The notes beneath the pieces are model-generated. The model worked only from the letters and a program-made list of their open reading frames with translations, did not search any database and was not told the origin of the DNA. From the NCBI GenBank assembly GCA_038727135.1, contig JAVYWL010000001.1, positions 96,001 through 160,000 on the forward strand: a stretch of 64,000 nt of DNA, given 5' to 3'. Both the position numbers and the translations under genes were made by a program. Below, in pieces: positions 57,852 to 64,000 of the stretch (positions are counted from its first letter, which is position 1; each line of letters starts with the position of its first letter). This DNA comes from Candidatus Bathyarchaeia archaeon. Lineage in GTDB: Archaea > Thermoproteota > Bathyarchaeia > Bathyarchaeales > Bathycorpusculaceae.

Positions 57852-59018
57852 TTAGAAATCTACAGCCTTACCTTCAAACGCATACACAAAAAGCTTCCTA
57901 TAATCCTCTGCTGTTGGAACTCTTGGGCTTGCTATAGTGCCAGTTGACCCAATAGCCCTTTCCACGAGGTTATCAAGTTCGCTTTGGAAGTTTTCCCAGC
58001 TAATTCCCAACTCTTTTATGGAAGCTGGCTCGTCAATATCTCTTAAAAGCCGCTTTAAGGCTTGGATAAACTTTTCAAAGGCTTCCTTGTCCGTTTCCGC
58101 CTTAATTCCAGCAGCTTCAGCAAGGGCGCTGAACCTTTCCATCGCTTCCTTGGCCATATACTCAACCGCAAAGGTTAGCACTGCCGCCACACTCTTGCCG
58201 TGGGGGATTTTGAATAAAGCGCCTAAAGCGTGACCCATAGCATGAGCCACACATATTTGAGAGTTGCTGAAGGCAAGACCAGCCATAGTGGCCGCATAAT
58301 GCATATTCTCTTTCGCCTCCCTGTCTTGGCTGTTGCTGTAAGACCTTGGAAGATACTTGAAAACTGCTTGTATGGCATTTATGGCCAGAGCATCTGAAAA
58401 ATGGTTTCGCCACTGGGAGAGGTAAGCCTCCAACGCGTTCACAAGCGCATCAACACCGGTATCAGCCACAAGCCTCTTAGGCATAGTCATAGGAAGCTGA
58501 GGGTCAAGAATCACTATGTCGGCAACCAGCTCCTTTGAGGCAAGCTCCATCTTCCTCCTCTCCCTAGCATCGGTAATAACTATCGCCCATGTAGCCTCAG
58601 AACCCGTCCCGCTTGTAGTTGGTATCGCTATAAGCCTCGCTTTCTTTCTCAAACCAAGCTTCAACAACGGACTTATCTCGTCAATTTGGATGTCCGGCCT
58701 CTCATAAAGCGCCCATGAAGCCTTAGCCGCGTCAATACAGCTTCCACCACCCAATCCAACAATCCAATCGGGCTCAAAAAGGCTAGCACACTTTGCACAT
58801 TTAACCACAGTCTCTTTAGAAGGCTCAGCCTCAACATCATCAAAAATTTCCACGCCCAATCCTGCCTCTTTAAGGTAGCCCACGGCCTTTTCGGCGAAAC
58901 CTAATCCGCGAATCACCTTGTCCGTGACTATTAGCGCCTTTTTGCCCTCAATCTCCCTCAAAAATTCTAGCGCGCCTTCTCCAAAAACTATGGACTTTGG
59001 GGATGCAAACTCCCACAT
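57852..59018 (-). CDS. Iron-containing alcohol dehydrogenase
   Basis: GGGSCID, PTTSGTGSE, HAMGH, PHG. Confidence 0.9.
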   Translation of the reverse strand: MWEFASPKSIVFGEGALEFLREIEGKKALIVTDKVIRGLGFAEKAVGYLKEAGLGVEIFDDVEAEPSKETVVKCAKCASLFEPDWIVGLGGGSCIDAAKASWALYERPDIQIDEISPLLKLGLRKKARLIAIPTTSGTGSEATWAIVITDARERRKMELASKELVADIVILDPQLPMTMPKRLVADTGVDALVNALEAYLSQWRNHFSDALAINAIQAVFKYLPRSYSNSQDREAKENMHYAATMAGLAFSNSQICVAHAMGHALGALFKIPHGKSVAAVLTFAVEYMAKEAMERFSALAEAAGIKAETDKEAFEKFIQALKRLLRDIDEPASIKELGISWENFQSELDNLVERAIGSTGTIASPRVPTAEDYRKLFVYAFEGKAVDF

Positions 59019-59031
59019 GAATGTTAGACCT

Positions 59032-59442
59032 CTAAATAAACTCTGTTGGAACCTTGCTAGCAGTTTTTACAAGCTCAGAAGCCGCCTTGGTATAACGCAT
59101 AATTTTGGCCATATTACCCTTCAACTTAAACTTCCGCATAAGCAAACTCTGAATGGGGTCCAACTGCCCCATTATCAACTTCTTCCAATTGGAATACGGC
59201 CCCTCATAAACAAACTCGGCAGTCTTAGCCTCTCTGCTGGGCACTATGTAGGCGTCCCGACACTTCCCATGCCAAAGATCAACATAAAAAACCATCTCCT
59301 TGTCCAAGCCTTCGTCTGGAGTCACAATAAAAAGGAAGTCGCCCTCCCAGTCCTTAGCAGCGTCAGCATAAGCCTCGTTCTTGTTAAGCTCTTCTTTGTA
59401 GGCTTTAATCCACTCCTCGCTTGGAAACCTAAACTTCCCCAT
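59032..59442 (-). CDS. SCP2 sterol/lipid-binding domain protein
   Basis: FPSEEW, WKKLIMGQLDPIQSLLMRKFKLKGNM. Confidence 0.85.
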   Translation of the reverse strand: MGKFRFPSEEWIKAYKEELNKNEAYADAAKDWEGDFLFIVTPDEGLDKEMVFYVDLWHGKCRDAYIVPSREAKTAEFVYEGPYSNWKKLIMGQLDPIQSLLMRKFKLKGNMAKIMRYTKAASELVKTASKVPTEFI

Positions 59443-59527
59443 ACAAACCACAAAAACACTTTCAAACCAACACATATATAATAATTTTAAGCCAATTCGG
59501 CTTACATCGCTTCTGGAGCCCTTATTT

Positions 59528-59606
59528 TGGCGGGCCCGGTGGGATTTGAACCCACGTTCTCCGGCTCCGAAGGCCGGCGCCTTGATCCGTTCTTGGCCAC
59601 GGGCCC
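59528..59606 (-). tRNA. tRNA-Arg(TCG)
   Basis: GGGCCCG...CCGGC-CT-TCG-GA-GCCGG...GGTTCAAATCC...CGGGCCC-GCCA. Confidence 0.96.
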
Positions 59607-59698
59607 CTTTTCCTGTGAAGATAATGTTTTAAATGGGTTAAAAGGGTTCTGAAAACCTTAAAAATGTTGGTTTGTTATTACTGTTTAGTGTTGTGGGT

Positions 59699-59773
59699 GG
59701 GCCGGTAGCTCAGCTTGGTTGGAGCGTTCGGCTGATAACCGAAAGGTCGCCGGTTCAAATCCGGCCCGGCCCA
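59699..59773 (+). tRNA. tRNA-Ile(GAT), CCA not encoded
   Basis: GGGCCGG...TTCGG-CT-GAT-AA-CCGAA...GGTTCAAATCC...CCGGCCC-A. Confidence 0.96.
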
Positions 59774-59826
59774 TTTTCAGCGTTTTGGCATCAATTTTTT
59801 ATACTGCCTATGGAGAACTTTATTGT

Positions 59827-60504
59827 ATGATATCTGTTGAGGAAGTGGTTGCCACAGTTGTACTTTTTGTTTGGGTTATTTTTGTAGCTGAAGTTCTAAC
59901 TAGAAGGCTTTATGGCTTTTTAACGGGGCGGGGTGTGGGGCATTATGTTGCAGTCTATTATAACCGGAAGATTATTCATATCTTGACCGGTGGAGTTGTG
60001 GCTTTTCTTGTGCCTTTTATTTTTAAGACGCCCATTTTTCCATTTGCTATGGCTATGCTTTTGGCTGTTTTTCTCTATGTGCCGCATAGACGCGGCAAGC
60101 TTATGTACTGGTTCCAGACTGAGGAGAACGCTTACGAGGTTTCCTTCTGCATCATGTGGGGTGTTGTGATAACTCTCGGCTGGCTTGTTTCCGGCGGGGA
60201 AAGCTTCTGGTTTGGAGTTTTACCAGTTATTTTTATGTCTGTTGGGGACGCCATAACTGGGATTGTGCGGAACATTCTTTATAAGAGGAGGACAAAGTCT
60301 TGGTGGGGAAACTTGGCTATGGCTTCCTTCTCTATACCGGTAGGTGCAGTTTTAGGCGGGGCTGGGGTTATAGCTGGAGCGGTAGCCTCTTTTATTGAGC
60401 ATTTTGAGTCAAATCCGATAGATGATAATGTTACTGTGCCCCTTTCCTCGTTCCTAATACTTGTTTTGGCAAAGGCTTTTGCGCCTTGGCTCTTGTCATT
60501 TTAG
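59827..60504 (+). CDS. Dolichol/phytol kinase-like membrane protein
   Basis: RKIIHI, GDAITGIV, TKSWWG, IDDN; start reassigned to MISVEE. Confidence 0.85.
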   Translation: MISVEEVVATVVLFVWVIFVAEVLTRRLYGFLTGRGVGHYVAVYYNRKIIHILTGGVVAFLVPFIFKTPIFPFAMAMLLAVFLYVPHRRGKLMYWFQTEENAYEVSFCIMWGVVITLGWLVSGGESFWFGVLPVIFMSVGDAITGIVRNILYKRRTKSWWGNLAMASFSIPVGAVLGGAGVIAGAVASFIEHFESNPIDDNVTVPLSSFLILVLAKAFAPWLLSF

Positions 60505-60854
60505 AGCCTTTTCACTAGAAAATAGCTCCAGAGTTTAAAACCAAGTTTTTCAAAAAGTTTTTTGGCGTTCTCGTTCCAATAGTTAACGAGCAGACCAACC
60601 TTTTCAACTTCTAAAGACTTTAAATAAGCCATTGTATTTTTGAGAAGGGCTGTTCCAACACCTTTGTTTCTGTATTCCTTAGCGACATAAATGTCCCATA
60701 TGTACGCTGTTTTCCACGTGATATCCATCACCATCCCTTTGTAATTATGCAATTTTTTAACTGCAACAAAATAGCCAATAATTTTGCCGTTAATACATGC
60801 AGTTTTAACGAGATTTTCGTCGTGGTGGCTTATTCCTAAAACTGCCTTAGCCAC
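60501..60854 (-). CDS. GNAT acetyltransferase, possibly N-terminally disrupted
   Basis: IYVAKEYRNKGVGTALL, N..A..LFEKLGF; short out-of-frame ORF MSQTELGWEPP... just upstream. Confidence 0.7.
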   Translation of the reverse strand: MAKAVLGISHHDENLVKTACINGKIIGYFVAVKKLHNYKGMVMDITWKTAYIWDIYVAKEYRNKGVGTALLKNTMAYLKSLEVEKVGLLVNYWNENAKKLFEKLGFKLWSYFLVKRL

Positions 60855-60917
60855 CCATCTAAATACTCTTGTGGAGGTTCCCAGCCTAACTCTGTCTGGG
60901 ACATGGCTTTAGGGCAG

Positions 60918-62267
60918 TTATTGTTTTGAGATTATGTGGATGTTGTCCACGAGTATTGGCGGTGTATAGGCGCGTATTTCTGTTGGGCGAATTTCGCATC
61001 CTATTTCGATTATGTCTTGTAGTGCTTGGAAGGCGTTGCCCGAAATCATAGTCTCTCCTAGTGCATGTTTGATTTGTCCTTTTTCTATGTAGCTTGCTTG
61101 TTTGGCTATTCCTGAGAATTCTCCGCTGTCCGGTCGGACGTTGCCGCTAAAGCGTCGGACAATTATGCCCTTGTCAACTTCGGCTATGAGATCTTCAAGC
61201 TTTCTTTTTCCGGCTTTGACCACGAGGTTTGAAGGCGCCACTGTTGGAAGCATAGTGTAACTTTCTCTATAGGCGTTTCCGGTTGATTTTCTTCCTTCCT
61301 TATTTGCTGTGTAGGAGTTGTGTATGAAGCCTTCAAGCTTGCCACGCGTTATTATTGGCGTTTTTTGTCTTGGAACACCTTCAAAATCGAAGTTTAGGGA
61401 GCCTATTCCCTTTGGCATTAAACCATCATCAAAAACCGTAAGTTTTGGCGCCGCAACTTTTTCGCCGACTTTTCCAGCCCATAGGCTTCTTCCCCTTTGC
61501 ACGTTGTCGGCGTTCACACTGCTGATAACCGGGTAAAGCAGTATGAAGGAGGCTGGATCTGAGTCGAAGATGACTTTTCCGGTGAAGGATTTAATTGTCT
61601 TTGGATGGAGGGAGGATAGGGCTTTTTCTGCGGCTGTTCTTCCAATTTTTTCTGGTGAAAATTCCTCCAGCATTGTGGAGGCATCATATCCATATGCCAT
61701 GCTTGATGTTTCGCCGCGTTCCTTTGCCACGCAGACTAAATATCCCTCAATACGGGTTGTTTTTTCTTGAACTTCAACTCCGTGGGAATTGGCGACTGCT
61801 ATTTCGTTTAGGATTGCAGAGAACTTTCCATCGTCGATGTCCACGCGTTTGTCGTAGCCTTTCGCTGCATCATAGGCGTTGATGACGAGACTTAGCATTT
61901 TGTCTGCGCTAATGTTGGCGATTTCTGGGTCGAATATGCCCTTTGGAGTTTTTGGGAGCCTCTCTTTTGTTGGAAGGGAAACCCATTCAGGGTTTGGCAC
62001 CGAAAACTTTGCTAGGCTTATGGCGGCCTTGCAGGTTTCCTCTATGCTTTCTTTTGAGAGTTTTGATGTGAAGGCGAAGCCAAGTTTCTTGTCTTTTATT
62101 ATGCGTATGCCTATGCCGCTTTGGGTTTTGAAGCGTTCATTTTGGATTTCAGCCCTTTCAAGGACAACTTCTACTATTTGCTGGTTTTGTACGAAGGCTT
62201 CAGCCTCGTCTGCTCCGAATTTCTGGCATACTTTAACGGCTAATTCTGCAAAATCTAGAAGGCTCAT
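60918..62267 (-). CDS. TldE/PmbA family protein
   Basis: DFEGVP, STGNA, SGEFSG; no HExxxH motif. Confidence 0.9.
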   Translation of the reverse strand: MSLLDFAELAVKVCQKFGADEAEAFVQNQQIVEVVLERAEIQNERFKTQSGIGIRIIKDKKLGFAFTSKLSKESIEETCKAAISLAKFSVPNPEWVSLPTKERLPKTPKGIFDPEIANISADKMLSLVINAYDAAKGYDKRVDIDDGKFSAILNEIAVANSHGVEVQEKTTRIEGYLVCVAKERGETSSMAYGYDASTMLEEFSPEKIGRTAAEKALSSLHPKTIKSFTGKVIFDSDPASFILLYPVISSVNADNVQRGRSLWAGKVGEKVAAPKLTVFDDGLMPKGIGSLNFDFEGVPRQKTPIITRGKLEGFIHNSYTANKEGRKSTGNAYRESYTMLPTVAPSNLVVKAGKRKLEDLIAEVDKGIIVRRFSGNVRPDSGEFSGIAKQASYIEKGQIKHALGETMISGNAFQALQDIIEIGCEIRPTEIRAYTPPILVDNIHIISKQ

Positions 62268-63649
62268 TTGGCTCCCCCTATCAAAACTTTTGTTCTTAGG
62301 CTTGCCCCGCCCATGCCAACGTAGTTTATCTGTTCTTTACCGCATAAGCCTACACGCATTATGAAGTCTTTTCCTATAGCGTCCACATTTTTTAGAACTT
62401 CGAAGGCGTTTCCGCTTATCGTCACGCCTCGAAGGGATTCGGCGAATTCGCCGTTCTTTATTCTTATGGCTTCTTGTGTGCCGAACATGAATTCTCCATT
62501 GAAGTCAGCTTGCCCCGAAAGCCCGCCCTTTAGGAAGAAGCCCTCTTCTATGTCTTCTGCAAGCTCCTCTAATGTGTAATCGCCTTTTTCGATGTAGGTG
62601 TTCCTCATCCTTATGATTGGGTCGTATTCGAAGGTCCATGCACGGGCGTTTCCGGTTGGGCTGACCCCGAAATGTTGGGCTGTTTCACGGGAGTGCAGAA
62701 AACTTTTGCAGACGCCTTTCTCTATTATGACCGTTTTCTGCGTTGGCACACCCTCATCATCATACTTCATTGTTCCAAAACCGTTTGGATATACTCCATC
62801 ATCAACCAGAGTTACCTTTTCAGAGGCAACCTTTTCGCCTATCTTGTTGGCTAGGAAGCTTCCGCCGAAAACGAGATCTGCCTCCGCACAGTGTCCAACA
62901 GCCTCGTGGGCTAATAATCCAACAATGCGATTTTCGAGAATTACTTGATGATATCCCGCGGGCGCCACTTTTGCTGAAACAAGTTTACTCGCTCTCTCAG
63001 CAGCTGTTAAGCCAGCATTCATTAACGGCGTTTTCTCCAAAACCTCTAATCCAGATTGTTCACCAATGCTTTCGTAGGCGGAGGTGATGTTTCCCTTTTC
63101 TTTGGCGACAACCATTACGCTTCCAAAGCACCGCACTATCCGCTGGTGAATTTCGGAACCCTCAGAGTTTAGGAAGGCTAGGTTGTCGTCAACAATGTTG
63201 AAGGTTACAGTGTCGGAAACTATTGTTTTGGAGAAGTCCCTAACGGCTTTGTCCACGTCTATGACTAGGCTTACAAGCTCTTCTCTGTCCGCTTTTTCGG
63301 GGTCTTTCTTCATTGGAGTTTCATACTTGTCCACGTATGGTTTTAGGCTCGCAAGTTTCACGGCGCGTTTCTTTTTTGGCTTTGAGGACCTAGCAAGGGA
63401 AGAAGCATCCTTCAACATTTTAGCAATTTTCTCCTTCTCAAGCGTTGTTGAAGAGGCGAAACCCCAGCTTCCATCTATAAGAACCCTTGCACATGCACCC
63501 TCCACAGCTCCGCTGTTTAGCGCGTCGATTTTTCCATCCTTAACGGAAATGTTGAAGGCTTGTCTTTTATGGTATCGCAGTTCCACATAACCTTCCACGT
63601 GTTTTTTGAGGCTTTCCTTCAAAACTTCAACAGCCACAATTTTCACCAA
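62264..63649 (-). CDS. tldD: TldD family metalloprotease
   Basis: HEAVGHCAEAD, YDDEG, PTGNARA, RMRNT, CGK. Confidence 0.92.
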   Translation of the reverse strand: MVKIVAVEVLKESLKKHVEGYVELRYHKRQAFNISVKDGKIDALNSGAVEGACARVLIDGSWGFASSTTLEKEKIAKMLKDASSLARSSKPKKKRAVKLASLKPYVDKYETPMKKDPEKADREELVSLVIDVDKAVRDFSKTIVSDTVTFNIVDDNLAFLNSEGSEIHQRIVRCFGSVMVVAKEKGNITSAYESIGEQSGLEVLEKTPLMNAGLTAAERASKLVSAKVAPAGYHQVILENRIVGLLAHEAVGHCAEADLVFGGSFLANKIGEKVASEKVTLVDDGVYPNGFGTMKYDDEGVPTQKTVIIEKGVCKSFLHSRETAQHFGVSPTGNARAWTFEYDPIIRMRNTYIEKGDYTLEELAEDIEEGFFLKGGLSGQADFNGEFMFGTQEAIRIKNGEFAESLRGVTISGNAFEVLKNVDAIGKDFIMRVGLCGKEQINYVGMGGASLRTKVLIGGAK

Positions 63650-63700
63650 TCAGCATAATCATAGGCTTTAGAATAAAAAATTTGGCATTAGAATTGACTA

Positions 63701-63946
63701 TTAGTCTTCGCTTTCTTGCAATTCTTGAATTCCGCTTAGCTCGGTTTTAATGAAGACCTTTTTTATTCCAAGGTAAATTGTTAGGCAGCCGAATATTACT
63801 GCTCCAGCTAGGAGGGACGCTAAGGCGAGTAGGATAAACTGCTTTTTTAAGGTGTCGTCAAAGGCTTGCAGGGATAAATATGAAAAGTAGAAAGTTAGGA
63901 AGAGGCAGATTGCAACTGTTACAACTATTGCTGACTCCGCCTTCAA
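63701..63946 (-). CDS. Small two-TM membrane protein
   Basis: Two hydrophobic helices and an acidic tail. Confidence 0.55.
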   Translation of the reverse strand: MKAESAIVVTVAICLFLTFYFSYLSLQAFDDTLKKQFILLALASLLAGAVIFGCLTIYLGIKKVFIKTELSGIQELQESED

Positions 63947-64000
63947 TCGTAATGCACCATGTCGCCTTTCAAGGCTAAAAAACGGTTGAGTTTCAAAAAG

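Noticed and set aside
59528-59606. Similarity of tRNA-Arg genes to tRNA-Glu (GAGCCGGAGA) as a possible att repeat
   Set aside because: These are complete tRNAs with ordinary tRNA similarity and lie on the wrong side of the element
59719-59826. N-terminal extension of the dolichol kinase-like ORF
   Set aside because: It starts inside tRNA-Ile; the ATG at 59827 is more plausible
1-64000. CRISPR array, rRNA, or Sec/Pyl readthrough
   Set aside because: No regularly spaced repeats, rRNA-like sequence or convincing in-frame stop readthrough was seen by eye

Overview
Archaeal chromosomal window, probably a TACK archaeon and plausibly Bathyarchaeia. This is inferred from gene content: class I LysRS, single-OB-fold SSB, TRAM proteins, AcnX mevalonate genes, tungsten AORs and a tRNA-Trp with two introns. 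The main accessory feature is a ~16 kb decayed provirus (~13.5-29.6 kb) integrated at tRNA-Glu(TTC) by an SSV1-type split integrase, sitting between two halves of a mevalonate gene cluster. It keeps a prohead protease, a truncated capsid-cement-like gene, an SF2 helicase and RHH/wHTH regulators. It also carries two AT-rich cargo blocks. The first is a protease-rich cassette: RHH, DUF5678-like protein, retropepsin, Panacea/SocA-like wHTH and a propeptide-less proteasome-beta-like Ntn hydrolase. This is the best candidate for an undescribed system. The second is a restriction-modification-like locus with two methyltransferases. Other notable signals are a tRNA-Trp intron with self-complementary guide-like segments, a long G-U-rich leader hairpin ahead of a TRAM-SSB-TRAM cluster, a thiolase lacking its three catalytic motifs next to a DUF35-HMG-CoA synthase fusion, and a TPP enzyme/AOR/Fe-ADH/SCP2 aldehyde cluster. 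No CRISPR array, rRNA or transposase was seen. All family calls come from motif recognition by eye, not database searches.
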